This document shows, in pieces, positions 47,234 to 58,223 of a stretch of 64,000 nucleotides of DNA (position 1 is the first letter of the stretch; the number at the start of each line of letters is the position of its first letter). Location: positions 1 through 64,000 of the IMG/VR virus record IMGVR_UViG_3300012979_000031; one strand, 5' to 3'. The notes under the pieces are model-generated. The model saw only the letters and a list, made by a program, of their open reading frames with translations, made no database searches and was not told the DNA's origin. The translations under genes were made by a program, and so were the position numbers. The DNA comes from a virus (taxonomy: Duplodnaviria > Caudoviricetes).

Positions 47234-50200
47234 ATGTTTATAAGATTAGGAAATACAAAAATAAACTATCGAGATGCAAAGCCTGAAAAGTATATGTTGT
47301 TTGCTGAGGTAGTTAATTCTCCACTATCTTATGAAACTCCAATTCTAGTTAATAGTATATCAGAGCTTAATGCATTATTCTCTAAAGATTTCGATGATTA
47401 TATTTACCTGAAGAGATTACTAGAGACTTACGGGAATATTGGACTTTACTTATTTAAACCATTTTCCCCTCATAAATCTCAAAGTGTACTAGAGAGTGAT
47501 GAGTACCTAGATTATAGCGGGTTTACAAAGATTAAGCCTTATGATATATTCGTCCCAGATAAAAGTTATATAGGTTACTTTGAAGAATGGAAATCAAATC
47601 CAGACTTAGTTATTGAGGTATTTATAGATGAAAATGACCTGGGAAAAGGAATTTCTTATAAAAAGCTTGTAGGAGATTCTTGGGTAACAGTAGATAAACC
47701 AAGCGCTGGATTAATTTTCAAAGGTGAACCAATAGTAGATAAAAAATTAAGCGAATTCAAAACCCTTCGTGATTCTGATGAGGTATGTATAGTACTAGGA
47801 GAGGATGTTTGGGTATATTGCGAGGGTTTTGGGTTTGTCTTAGAGTCTGAATTACCACAAAACTTAGCTGGTATAAAAGATTCTGAGTCACTTGATAATA
47901 GAAGCACAATTTTTATTCCAAGTACTCCAGAGATAGATTACATTCACCCTGAGTATAGAACTGGTAAAGGTTTAGGTGTATATTCTTTTTCAGATCTCCC
48001 CGATATTCCGAGAACTAGTATAAATCCGGAAAGAATTAGAGAAGGTTATGAAACTCTAGCATTAAGATTACATGTTTCAGAGGAGCTTAGTTCTGATAAT
48101 AATAGCGTATTTAGTTTCCTTAGAATTGGAGATAATGGAACTCGTGTAACTTATTCATTCAGTACATCACTCAAACCTGCCGGAATATCAGAGAATGAAA
48201 CTTTTATCACTCTCGGTTCTACTACAAACTTGATAGAAGAGGTTGAAAACTACTTTGCTGGAAATCAATACATAACTACATTCAGAGATAATTCAGACCT
48301 AATTTTATGTGGTAGACTGGTTGATCTTGGTTATAATACTTTCAATGGATTAAGCTTAGAGCCAGATTATACTATTACACAGTCCATCATATATAAATCA
48401 TGTGAGAATATCCCAGGAATTCAAGCTTGGAGTAAAACTATTGGTGGAACTTCAGAACTAGATGATGATGGAGTAATTAAAGTTCAGATAGAGCATGTTG
48501 AGAATTATGAATATCTTATTATAATTTCTAGATATGACTATACAGAAACTTTTCAGGGTAGTATAAAAAATATAACAGGCTTAGATAGACTTGATTATAT
48601 AGTTAGTAAAAATTCTAAACTACTTTACCTCAAACTCACTGGAAACTTGGAAGAAATAAAAACTGGCGAATTCTACTTATCTAGAGGAACCTACTTAAAA
48701 GATTATCATAGAGAAGATTGGATGAATTCTCTGAAGATAATGTTTAATGAAAATTCTAGTAAAAATGTAAGAGCTGATTTTCTTCTTATTCCTAATATTC
48801 AAAACTACGTACCAAAGACTATAGATAAAAATTACAACTATTACAAGGAGTATGAAACTATCTTAAAGTATTGTAGAGCAAATTGTATTCAGGCTTTAAT
48901 TCAAAATAGTCCTAGTGAGAATAGGTTCATAGAGATTAGTGAAGATCCTGAATCAGTTAATTTCGAAAAGGGAACTATATACTATGTCCCTGGAGAAAAT
49001 GTAGATGATTACTTGAACGAGTATAATGAGCTTTCTGTAGATACTGGAATACACTTAAGATATAATGAGAAAATTCAAGAGTGTAGTTATAATGGTAGTA
49101 CAGTAAGGTCCGTAGTATTTTCAGAGAATTGTTCAGGTCAGGAAGTAACTTACGTCGAACCGATTACCTTAGATGCTAGTAATGAATCTTGGTGTACTGT
49201 AAATCAAAAAACTGGAGCTGTAACATTTAAGGAGAATAAAGGAGATATAAGAGCAGTTATTATTACAGCCAGCTATATTAAAGACGGCGTTACCTGGAAA
49301 TATGATCATTTTGCAGTTCAGAAAGGAAAGACTGGCGGAAATAACCTAGACTTGGAACAGGAATTCGTTTATACTATACAAAAATCTAATGGTGGTGTAG
49401 CTAGATTACGTCCTTTTAATATTCCTGGGGTAGGTCAAGCTAGTTCTAGTAATCTTGTTTATTGTGGTATTGAAGGAAATAAGCCTGAGTGGTGTGAAAT
49501 TGACTCTAAGGGAAATGTAACTTTCTCTGAGAATCAAGATGAATATCCAAGATCAGTACTAGTTAAGGCAAGATGGAAAGTAGGAGAGGAATATTACGAT
49601 TGGATAACTATAGCAACTCAATGGGGAACAAGAGGTGAGACAGGCAAGTATCCACGTTTATCGGGAGTTTCTTCTTGTTATATACCTATTTCTAGTACAG
49701 GAGGATCAGATACACCAAGAAACGGATGGACATTCTACAGCTCTCAATATAATTATTCTTCAGTTGATAGGAAAACTATGACCTTTGAATTAGCTAGTAA
49801 TGTATCTAATCCTGGGTGGAAAGATTTCTTTAAAGATGGATATATATTACAGTTTAGAAATTTATCCAAGTATCAGCAGGTTATTAGAGTTCCAAAGAGA
49901 GATACTACAACGCTAGGTAATGACTGTTTGATTCAGGAGTACGTAGTAAGTCCAGGGAAATCAATAGTATTAAAAGTAAGTCACCCAGAGAGAAAAATAT
50001 TCGAGTGGGAAAAAATTCAAGTAAATAGTGGATATTGGATTTTAGGAGAGAATGGAGAACTAGAAAAGGTACACGATACAGCGACGATAGATACAGCAGT
50101 TAGTGGAGGAGATTTTATCTACAACTATATAAAGGATAATTCTAGCTGGTTACTATATTTCTATGGCTCTATTTATACGAGAACCTATGGAATAAAATAT

Positions 50201-50686
50201 CCTGGTTATTGTATATTTATAGATGGACTCATGACTGGTAATTATTCGGGAAGTGTTGATAATATTCTCTATAATACACCAGTTGAAAATCCATACTCAA
50301 CCGAACCAATAGAAGCATTACTAGAAAAGTATAGAAGTAACTACTTAGTATTTAATGGGCAGAAATATTACTATAAAAAATACTTAGAGTCTCCAAATAA
50401 AAACTTCTCATTATTCTTAAGATTTATAATGGGAAAAGTAACGAGGGAGTTATTTAAGAAGAAAAGTGAGTTAATAGGAGAAAAGACTGTAGGAAGAATA
50501 AAGCAAGCTGTAACAGACATACTAGGGAAGATTGGAAATAGTTTTAGTATAGTTGATAAAATCGAGTTAGCTAATTTCAGTACAGATCTTGAGAATAACA
50601 CATTAAATATTGAAGTACTTACAGCAGTTAAAACGTTGTTAGATAAAGATATAGTACTTAACATAACTTTAAATTTAAATAAATAA
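47234..50686 (+). CDS. second sheath-like protein with two BACON-like inserted repeats
   Basis: TPILVNSISELNALF start and sheath-like C-terminus; WCTV...VTFKEN...R.V.I.A repeated. Confidence 0.55.
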   Translation: MFIRLGNTKINYRDAKPEKYMLFAEVVNSPLSYETPILVNSISELNALFSKDFDDYIYLKRLLETYGNIGLYLFKPFSPHKSQSVLESDEYLDYSGFTKIKPYDIFVPDKSYIGYFEEWKSNPDLVIEVFIDENDLGKGISYKKLVGDSWVTVDKPSAGLIFKGEPIVDKKLSEFKTLRDSDEVCIVLGEDVWVYCEGFGFVLESELPQNLAGIKDSESLDNRSTIFIPSTPEIDYIHPEYRTGKGLGVYSFSDLPDIPRTSINPERIREGYETLALRLHVSEELSSDNNSVFSFLRIGDNGTRVTYSFSTSLKPAGISENETFITLGSTTNLIEEVENYFAGNQYITTFRDNSDLILCGRLVDLGYNTFNGLSLEPDYTITQSIIYKSCENIPGIQAWSKTIGGTSELDDDGVIKVQIEHVENYEYLIIISRYDYTETFQGSIKNITGLDRLDYIVSKNSKLLYLKLTGNLEEIKTGEFYLSRGTYLKDYHREDWMNSLKIMFNENSSKNVRADFLLIPNIQNYVPKTIDKNYNYYKEYETILKYCRANCIQALIQNSPSENRFIEISEDPESVNFEKGTIYYVPGENVDDYLNEYNELSVDTGIHLRYNEKIQECSYNGSTVRSVVFSENCSGQEVTYVEPITLDASNESWCTVNQKTGAVTFKENKGDIRAVIITASYIKDGVTWKYDHFAVQKGKTGGNNLDLEQEFVYTIQKSNGGVARLRPFNIPGVGQASSSNLVYCGIEGNKPEWCEIDSKGNVTFSENQDEYPRSVLVKARWKVGEEYYDWITIATQWGTRGETGKYPRLSGVSSCYIPISSTGGSDTPRNGWTFYSSQYNYSSVDRKTMTFELASNVSNPGWKDFFKDGYILQFRNLSKYQQVIRVPKRDTTTLGNDCLIQEYVVSPGKSIVLKVSHPERKIFEWEKIQVNSGYWILGENGELEKVHDTATIDTAVSGGDFIYNYIKDNSSWLLYFYGSIYTRTYGIKYPGYCIFIDGLMTGNYSGSVDNILYNTPVENPYSTEPIEALLEKYRSNYLVFNGQKYYYKKYLESPNKNFSLFLRFIMGKVTRELFKKKSELIGEKTVGRIKQAVTDILGKIGNSFSIVDKIELANFSTDLENNTLNIEVLTAVKTLLDKDIVLNITLNLNK

Positions 50687-51285
50687 TGGCAGATATTAAT
50701 AAGTTAGTGCCTCAACTTGTGAGAAGCGGCAATGGTTATATGAGTTATGTAGATTACATGAATTCATATAGAGAGGATAATAAAGAGTTCCTAACAGAAG
50801 ATAAGTGGCATTTTGAGTTTATTAATGCTCCAAAGATTGTCTATTTCCCAGGAAGCGATCTTTTTAATAGACGTTTGCAGAATGTTAATGTAAGTGTTAG
50901 CGGCTCTGTTAATGGATTTGAGAAGAGAATGCGTGGAAACTTTACTATCATTCAGAAAACAGGACAGGATACTTCAGGTTCTTTGTCTCTTGGATTTATA
51001 GATCGTGAGGACCAGGCTATTTCTTATTTTGTTGATGATTGGAAACAGAAAATTGCAGATCGTGATACAAAATACTCTTTCAGAAAGGATGACTTGGTAG
51101 CAGATTGTAGATTGATACTTCTTAACTCAGGACGTCAGCCAGTTCGTACACTTACTTTCTGGAACTGTATAATTGATGATGCAAGTCTAGATGAGAATGG
51201 TGTAGAGAGTGATGGTTCAGATAGATCAGATATTCAGTTATCAATGAGATTTGAGCATTACAGCAGAGATTTTGATAACCTATAA
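50686..51285 (+). CDS. tail tube protein (gp19-like)
   Basis: 199 aa; LSLGF.D.E...W.......LILL......TLTFWNC...IQLSMRF; followed by a terminator. Confidence 0.7.
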   Translation: MADINKLVPQLVRSGNGYMSYVDYMNSYREDNKEFLTEDKWHFEFINAPKIVYFPGSDLFNRRLQNVNVSVSGSVNGFEKRMRGNFTIIQKTGQDTSGSLSLGFIDREDQAISYFVDDWKQKIADRDTKYSFRKDDLVADCRLILLNSGRQPVRTLTFWNCIIDDASLDENGVESDGSDRSDIQLSMRFEHYSRDFDNL

Positions 51286-51385
51286 TAAAGATAAGGGGCT
51301 TTATAAAACGGAGCCTCTTCTTTTTTGTTCTTTCTTAGATTCTACCCTTATCTTTGATAGAAAATAAAATTAAATTTAAAATATT

Positions 51386-52129
51386 ATGGAAATACTAACT
51401 ACACAATTACCAAGTGGAGGTTATAAATACCCTTTCACAACTGTAAATATTTCTCCAATGAATTTTTTACAGATTACAAAATACCTAGAGAATTGTCCTA
51501 AAGATCCTCTAGAAAAATACTTATATGATATTAGATTATTAAAACAAGAAGATCCTAGAATTGAAGATTGTTATGTAATGGACCTAGATTTTCTTATATT
51601 CCTAAAGAAGCTTATTACAGTTAGTGATGATCTTACTTATACTATATCAGCTAAATGTCCAGGTTGTGGAAAAATATTAAAGAAGAAGATTAGTCTAGAA
51701 AATGATATCCACTTCAAACAGATAGATTCTAAAATTATGGAAGGAGCTCAGATTAGATTAGGAGATAGATCTTATGATACGATAGTTCCTACTGTAAAAG
51801 ATCTAGAGGAAGTAATGGGTATGTACATCAGATATAGAAAAATTACAGACATTAGATTAATAAAGACAATTTCACTGATAAAGAATTTCAAAATAGCAGC
51901 TAATCAGATTGAAAAAGACGTTCTTGAAGCAACACATTCAGATATTACTTTGTTACTTGCTTTACAGGAATTATATTTTGATAGATTAGAGGGAGTTGAG
52001 TTAAGTTGTTCATGTAATAAAGAAGGAAGGGGGAGTATGACAGTAAGCGTTGATTCACTTATTGTCGATTTCTTTCGAGACATCCTTAACAACTGCCCGA
52101 TTAATGAGTCTAAAATTTTATTTAAATAA
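51386..52129 (+). CDS. baseplate hub assembly protein (T4 gp26-like)
   Basis: LPSGG, D.DFLIFL, CPGC, C.C...DFF. Confidence 0.7.
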   Translation: MEILTTQLPSGGYKYPFTTVNISPMNFLQITKYLENCPKDPLEKYLYDIRLLKQEDPRIEDCYVMDLDFLIFLKKLITVSDDLTYTISAKCPGCGKILKKKISLENDIHFKQIDSKIMEGAQIRLGDRSYDTIVPTVKDLEEVMGMYIRYRKITDIRLIKTISLIKNFKIAANQIEKDVLEATHSDITLLLALQELYFDRLEGVELSCSCNKEGRGSMTVSVDSLIVDFFRDILNNCPINESKILFK

Positions 52130-52343
52130 GATTCTAAAATGTGATAATATCGAACATTACTCTTTAAGAACATTAGAAGAGCTGAAGAGTTGTTATGATG
52201 ATTTTATAAAGAAAACTGGAAGTGATCCTGATTTTCCTACTCTACCTATGAATTCTGATGGATCTTTAAACATTGGAGCAGATAAATTGTCTGGTGATAG
52301 CTTAGAAGATGCGGGTATGAGTCAAGATAAAGGATTACTATAA
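52104..52343 (+). CDS. small baseplate-hub assembly protein (T4-like gp51-type)
   Basis: HYSLRTLEEL; lies between hub protein and tape measure. Confidence 0.45.
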   Translation: MSLKFYLNKILKCDNIEHYSLRTLEELKSCYDDFIKKTGSDPDFPTLPMNSDGSLNIGADKLSGDSLEDAGMSQDKGLL

Positions 52344-52354
52344 CTTAATTAAAA

Positions 52355-55300
52355 ATGGCAGATAAGAGTTTAGACCGAGATACACGAAGAATTGATCAAG
52401 CTAGGGTACAGAAGGGCAGAGAACTTGAAATGATGCAGCAAGCTCAAAATCAATTCTTAGCTATTCAGGCAGAAAGAAAACAAAACCTGACAGAACAGAG
52501 AAATATTATGGGTATGGAACAACAGCATAATATGAGTTTAATGCAGGGTGCTCAAATTGCTGCAAGTGGAAGTAATGACCCGGGGATACCTCAAACTGTT
52601 GATCCACGTACACAAGCAGTAATGAATAAGTATGGAATGGGTCGTCCTAGGTTCCAAAAATCCTCTCAACATACACAACAGGTTACTAAACAAAATGTAG
52701 TTATAAACAATACTACGAACAATAATACAACTAATAACGTAAATGCTGGAGGATATGGAGGACCTGTACAAGGAAGAGCATTATCCTTTAGAAATACTGG
52801 AAACGAAAGTACTGAAAAATTTAAAGTATGGCTAACTAATTCCTACGCACGTCAACAACAACAAGCCGCTATACGTAACAGAGAATATGAAAAACGTGAA
52901 GATTCTTTAGTTCGTAGTAGTAATAAAATGATGAGGAAACTAGAAGGTATTGGCAAAACTATGGGTAAATTATTAGACCCTAGGAGAATTGGAAATACAA
53001 TAGTAGACCCTCTTAAGATGCTTTTTACTTTCATGGGATTTCACCTATTTATTAAGAACTGGGGAATCTTGATGAATATAATGAGAAAAGCTGAATCATT
53101 TTTTACTGGAGTTGCAACAAAACTTGGTTTTAGTATAGATGACGGCAAAGTCTCACTAAATAAAGATAAACTAGTTAGTGCAACAGATAAAAAGTTTGGT
53201 TGGTTTGGTACACAGATGATTAAAGCCTTCGGTGGTAATCCTAGTAGGGGTGAATCCATTGGAGATGTTCTTAAGTGGACAATCATTGGAGACAGTCAAC
53301 ACTATGGTCTCTGGGAACAAATAAAAGACTATCTTAATGACAAGTTTGATGAGAGAAGTGAAGCAATCAAATCCTTACAAAGACCGGATCTATCTAAGTA
53401 TATAAATGGAACTCAGGTTGATTTTGTTGGTGCAGGTAGTGAGCTTATTAAATACCTAAGTGATGTTCTTGCAGTTTCTATTACAGGATCCAGAGCTTTA
53501 GCTAAAATGACCTTAGAAAAAACTCAAGCTGAAGACATAAAAAAATATGAAGGCTTTGGAAATTATAAGGTAGTAAATTCTGATAATTCTAACATAACAG
53601 ATAATAGTCAAAACCTTAAGAACAATCTAAGAGCGCAAGGATCAGTTTTCAGTAAGACTAATGTTTCTTTTCAGCCTAGAAATACATTAGATGGAGCTAA
53701 ACATTCAGAATTTTTCTCAGACGTTCAACTTAGACATCTTAAAGCGGCAGGTCTTACTCCACTACTTGATGAGAAAGGTACAGAGGTTGGAGCTACTTCC
53801 TACTACATGGGCATTAAAGATAAATATGGTCGAGATACAGATGAACAAGGACTTAGATTTAGATTTAAAGATGAGAATGGTACTATCTACGCCATTGGAA
53901 TGCATAAAGACGGAAGATGGCATGAAAATGGATTAGTAATAGATGACCCAAGATATCAGTTTAGTGGAAAAGATTGGTACTCGGGTGGATTGATAACTTA
54001 CACTGGAGAATCAAGAAATGTAGTAAATAAAACTAGATTATCGGCAGGAGAAATAGAAGATGGAAAACTAAAGAGTAAATCTGCCTTCTTTAAACAGTGG
54101 AATGATGAAGTTACGGAAGCTCAAAATAAAAACTCTGGTGATGTCATGAAGTTTATCTGGGGTATGGATAGAATTAAAGCCTACGTAGATAAAATGGAAA
54201 ACAATGACTACTTACCTATTCCAGAAGACGCTTTAAAATCCGTACTAGCTCTAGATGATGAAACTATTGCGAATTATAAAAGTGAAAATATCCTAGTTCA
54301 AAAAGTATTTCTATCAGTTCGAAGAAATATGAGTATAGGGGAAATGTGTTCTATAAGTGGTAAACCAAACCCAATGCAGACAGGAGCTACAACCTATATT
54401 AATACTATGATCAGAAATAAAAGCACAATGTTAGCTATTTATGATTATGGTAAGGCTCTAACAAAGGATATGTCTGCTGTATGGAATGTTCTTTTCCCAG
54501 ACGAAACTATTTATAATAGTGCAAGAGCCGCTGGAGCTGGTAATTTTGTAGCACGTTATTTAAGTATGCTTCCTCTTTCAACTGTCGGAACTATTATAAA
54601 AAGAAATCCCGCATTAAGTGGATTAGTTGATTACAGTCTAGCAAAAAATCTAGGTCTTGAAGGAGTTCCTACAGTAATAGCAGATACAATTCCAGAGGAA
54701 GATTTTCAAAAGTTAAAAGCACTTGATGAAAGAGCTCTAAAGGATAAAAGAATTAACGCTAGAGTATTTAATGTAAGCTTAATAGATGCTGTTACTGGAA
54801 ACTTAACTAATGACAGAAGAAAATCCGAAATTAGATTATGGGCTATCAAGGCTGGAGCTCTAAGAAAGATTTTAAAGAATATTGGAGTTGATGATAGCAT
54901 ATGGAATTCTAAGACAGATGATGAAGTAGCTGAAAGTAAAGAAGAAGATGCTGCTCATAAAACCGCTAATTGGTTACAGAGAAAATTGTGGGGTAATACT
55001 GAGTTTGATGCTAGAAAAGACTTCCCTGAATTACAATTATCTACTACAGCAGCTAATACTGAAATATACGATAAAGAAAAACGTAATAAGAGAAGAAGAG
55101 CTGAGAAAAGAGCTGACCAAGAAACAGAGTATGATAGAATCAGAACAGCAGCAGAGATTGATGAAACTACAGCTAAGAGTTATAACCTAGAGGGATTATT
55201 ACCTCCTAATGCTGGACAAGAATCAAAAATAGCTTATATTAAGAATGAATTAAGCAGAGCTGGTATTACTGATAAAGATACTCAAAATGCAATCATCGGT

Positions 55301-56416
55301 AATCTACTTTCTGAATCTGGATTAAAAGAATATAGTGCAGAAATAATCACTGACAAAAAGACTGGTCAAAAAGTAATAAGAGGAGAAGGAATAGCACAGT
55401 GGACTTCACAAGATAGGAAAAAGTCTGTCTTAGATTACATTAATAAAATCAGAAAAGACAATGGTGAACCTCCTGTAAGTAAAATTTCAGATGCTACTTT
55501 CGAACAACAAGTATCAGCCCTATTATATAACTCTACGGATGGCTTAAAAAATTCTAAGTTAGGAAGAAAGACCCTAGATAATATGGGAAAACAGTCAGAT
55601 CTTAGAGGAAAAACAATAGCTTACATGGATACTTGGGAAAAATCTTGGGCTAGTGGAAGTTTTGAAAAGAAATTCCCAGATGCACCTTCAGGACCTAAAG
55701 CTAAATCTAGAAATGATGAATCCTTACGAAGAACTAGACACTCTGAAACAGCTTCCCTAGTAGATGGTGGAGAAGGTTCTTTATTAGCTAGAGGTGTAGG
55801 AGCAATAGCAGAAGGAGCTACTGGATTGATTAATAAAACTATCGGTGGTATAAATTATCTCATTGACTCGGAGGGTGGTGCTTATATCAAAAATGCGATT
55901 ACGGGTGCTATAGAGAAAACAGGAAAAACTGTAGATGAGTTGAAAGCAAGAATCCCTAAAGTAACTACAAGACGATACAATGTAGGAGACCTTGGACCAG
56001 AATTCAATAACTATGAGTATTATCTTCAAAATTCAGGTCAACTTCCAGGGGGTCTAAGCCCAGCACAATGGGAGGAGGCTGTACACACTAGAACTGGTTT
56101 TTATCCTAATGTATTAACTGATATTAGTGGTAGATTCAATTCCATTTCTCCATCAGATGTTGTATTCGCTAAAGGATCTGATAGTACGATAAGAGGCGAA
56201 GCTGCTACTCTAGAGGCTATATCTAAAATTAAGTTTGGAGCTAGTAAGATGGAAGAGGAAGCTAAGAAAAAGAAAGAAGAGGAAGAAAATAGAAATAAAG
56301 AAAATAGTCTCCACCTGGCTGAAATTGCTGTTAATACTAAGATTATGGGCAATACTTGGGCTAGAATGGTTGACTCTCTTCGCGGTGCTTCTGATACCCC
56401 TATTAAAACGAATTAA
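52355..56416 (+). CDS. tape-measure-like protein with phage tail lysozyme domain
   Basis: 1353 aa; AIIGNLLSESGL...GIAQWT (Phage_lysozyme2-like). Confidence 0.7.
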   Translation: MADKSLDRDTRRIDQARVQKGRELEMMQQAQNQFLAIQAERKQNLTEQRNIMGMEQQHNMSLMQGAQIAASGSNDPGIPQTVDPRTQAVMNKYGMGRPRFQKSSQHTQQVTKQNVVINNTTNNNTTNNVNAGGYGGPVQGRALSFRNTGNESTEKFKVWLTNSYARQQQQAAIRNREYEKREDSLVRSSNKMMRKLEGIGKTMGKLLDPRRIGNTIVDPLKMLFTFMGFHLFIKNWGILMNIMRKAESFFTGVATKLGFSIDDGKVSLNKDKLVSATDKKFGWFGTQMIKAFGGNPSRGESIGDVLKWTIIGDSQHYGLWEQIKDYLNDKFDERSEAIKSLQRPDLSKYINGTQVDFVGAGSELIKYLSDVLAVSITGSRALAKMTLEKTQAEDIKKYEGFGNYKVVNSDNSNITDNSQNLKNNLRAQGSVFSKTNVSFQPRNTLDGAKHSEFFSDVQLRHLKAAGLTPLLDEKGTEVGATSYYMGIKDKYGRDTDEQGLRFRFKDENGTIYAIGMHKDGRWHENGLVIDDPRYQFSGKDWYSGGLITYTGESRNVVNKTRLSAGEIEDGKLKSKSAFFKQWNDEVTEAQNKNSGDVMKFIWGMDRIKAYVDKMENNDYLPIPEDALKSVLALDDETIANYKSENILVQKVFLSVRRNMSIGEMCSISGKPNPMQTGATTYINTMIRNKSTMLAIYDYGKALTKDMSAVWNVLFPDETIYNSARAAGAGNFVARYLSMLPLSTVGTIIKRNPALSGLVDYSLAKNLGLEGVPTVIADTIPEEDFQKLKALDERALKDKRINARVFNVSLIDAVTGNLTNDRRKSEIRLWAIKAGALRKILKNIGVDDSIWNSKTDDEVAESKEEDAAHKTANWLQRKLWGNTEFDARKDFPELQLSTTAANTEIYDKEKRNKRRRAEKRADQETEYDRIRTAAEIDETTAKSYNLEGLLPPNAGQESKIAYIKNELSRAGITDKDTQNAIIGNLLSESGLKEYSAEIITDKKTGQKVIRGEGIAQWTSQDRKKSVLDYINKIRKDNGEPPVSKISDATFEQQVSALLYNSTDGLKNSKLGRKTLDNMGKQSDLRGKTIAYMDTWEKSWASGSFEKKFPDAPSGPKAKSRNDESLRRTRHSETASLVDGGEGSLLARGVGAIAEGATGLINKTIGGINYLIDSEGGAYIKNAITGAIEKTGKTVDELKARIPKVTTRRYNVGDLGPEFNNYEYYLQNSGQLPGGLSPAQWEEAVHTRTGFYPNVLTDISGRFNSISPSDVVFAKGSDSTIRGEAATLEAISKIKFGASKMEEEAKKKKEEEENRNKENSLHLAEIAVNTKIMGNTWARMVDSLRGASDTPIKTN

Positions 56417-56421
56417 TAATT

Positions 56422-57915
56422 ATGGCAAATTTTACAACAGGAACAGGTTATAATAAGACTTACACTGATAGAAATAGACCGTTCTCTGGGTGGTATTATG
56501 ATGATCAACAGAATATCTTCAATACTTCAAGACTACTTACTGTTTCTCTTCATGCTAATTCAGTTCCAGTTACTGCAGAAGAGACGACTGAAATAACTGA
56601 TGGAAAAGAGACAGTCAAAAGAAGTAAGAGTAAGTTAATGTGGTATCATCATAATAACTCTGCCCTACGTTCCGGAAGTGCTCTACTCCGCTATCCTTAT
56701 GGTAAACTAGATAGAGATGATTCTGCTAGTTTTAATAAAGGCATAGTAGGTAAAGAAGCAGTTAGTGGATATTTTATTGAGCCCTTATGTACTTGTTTTA
56801 CTAATGAAGACTTTAATATAACTGTAAGCAATAATTATCAACAGGCAGGTGGTGATATGGTTGAACAAACTTGGAATAGTATAAAACCTATCGCCCCAGC
56901 CATTGATAAGATGATAAGAATGGGAGATATGGCAGTTAAAAAGCTAGAAAGTGAAAGTAAGAGTGCTAATAATGGCCCTATAATGTCTGCCCTGACTGAT
57001 TGGCTTTATAGAGGTGGAAATACTATTCAAGGCTTTCTTAGTGAGACTGGTGGTGTAATGTCGGAATACTTAAATAAATCTCTAGTTTTGAATGGTGCTA
57101 GATTTTCTTACTACGGTGGAACTAACTTAGCTTTTAATACCCTAGGAATGAAGTTTACAATATTTCCCAAGTGGTATATAAATAGTGAAGGTAATGCAGT
57201 ATTAAGATCAGTAGTTGAGCAAGTAAATGATATCCTTCCGTATGTAGTTGGTCAGTACTCTGATTGGTCACTTCCAGCGGCTATACTAGGAGATCACGTT
57301 GATGGTGTCTTAGGTTGGATGACTGCTCCTGGTGATTTTAGAATGAACGGTAGTGACGTTGATATTGTACAGAAAGGAACACTAAAACTAAAAATAGGTG
57401 CTCAGTATTCTCTAACTAATCTTGTCATTGAATCTGCTTCTTTCAACTTCTCTAAACAAATGGTAAAGAATCCAGCGGCTAATTATGACTATGCTAATGG
57501 AAGTGATGCTACGTTTGGATTTGATAATAAGAACTTTACGGATACTAATAAATCTGTAGGAGCGTTATCACCATTATATTGCGAGGTAAACTTACAACTT
57601 CGACCTATCACTAAATATACAAGTCAAATGCTAGAAAGGTTTATTAGCGGTACTTATAATAGATACGATATGGACCTTGTTAATGGCGAATATAATAAAA
57701 ACTTGTATAATGGTAAGAAAGATATGGAAGAGAGGTATATGACTAATCAACCTGCTGAACAATTCGTTAAACTACAACAACAGTCGGATTTCCAAAACTT
57801 CTATAATTCTCTTACTCCTGACGTAATTGATGATGAACCAGATCTTAGTTACCCAGAAGGAGGAATTGATAATGTAAGCGCAGGTGATAATGAAACAGGT
57901 ACTTACTTTACTTAA
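56422..57915 (+). CDS. baseplate tail-tube cap/initiator (gp48/gp54-like)
   Basis: MKFTIFP..LKIG...LVIESASFNF..P.YCEVNLQL. Confidence 0.5.
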   Translation: MANFTTGTGYNKTYTDRNRPFSGWYYDDQQNIFNTSRLLTVSLHANSVPVTAEETTEITDGKETVKRSKSKLMWYHHNNSALRSGSALLRYPYGKLDRDDSASFNKGIVGKEAVSGYFIEPLCTCFTNEDFNITVSNNYQQAGGDMVEQTWNSIKPIAPAIDKMIRMGDMAVKKLESESKSANNGPIMSALTDWLYRGGNTIQGFLSETGGVMSEYLNKSLVLNGARFSYYGGTNLAFNTLGMKFTIFPKWYINSEGNAVLRSVVEQVNDILPYVVGQYSDWSLPAAILGDHVDGVLGWMTAPGDFRMNGSDVDIVQKGTLKLKIGAQYSLTNLVIESASFNFSKQMVKNPAANYDYANGSDATFGFDNKNFTDTNKSVGALSPLYCEVNLQLRPITKYTSQMLERFISGTYNRYDMDLVNGEYNKNLYNGKKDMEERYMTNQPAEQFVKLQQQSDFQNFYNSLTPDVIDDEPDLSYPEGGIDNVSAGDNETGTYFT

Positions 57916-57920
57916 TTACT

Positions 57921-58223
57921 ATGTTTAAACAAAATAAACTAATAAACACTAATAAAACAGAATTGGCTAACTTTATAGAAGGTCAAGATATATTCAATTC
58001 ATTACTAATATCTGAAATGAATAGACCTGGAATTATGAAGACTATCTATACGGTCACTACTGATTATAGACCTGACTTGGTAGCTCTTGAATTCTATGGC
58101 TCTGAAAATTATCTAGGAATTCTTCTATTACAAACTAGCCCTTCTCTTAGTGTTTTCAAAAAAGGTACTCAACTGAAATTACTACCTAAAGAAACAATTG
58201 ATGAAATAATAACTAGACTATGA
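57921..58223 (+). CDS. LysM-like baseplate wedge protein (gp53/tail X-like)
   Basis: YRPDLVALEFYGS...G..LKL. Confidence 0.7.
   Translation: MFKQNKLINTNKTELANFIEGQDIFNSLLISEMNRPGIMKTIYTVTTDYRPDLVALEFYGSENYLGILLLQTSPSLSVFKKGTQLKLLPKETIDEIITRL

Noticed and set aside
51386-52343. Programmed frameshift (lambda G/GT-type) upstream of the tape measure
   Set aside because: No clear slippery heptamer; the second ORF has its own ATG at 52104 and resembles separate T4-like hub genes
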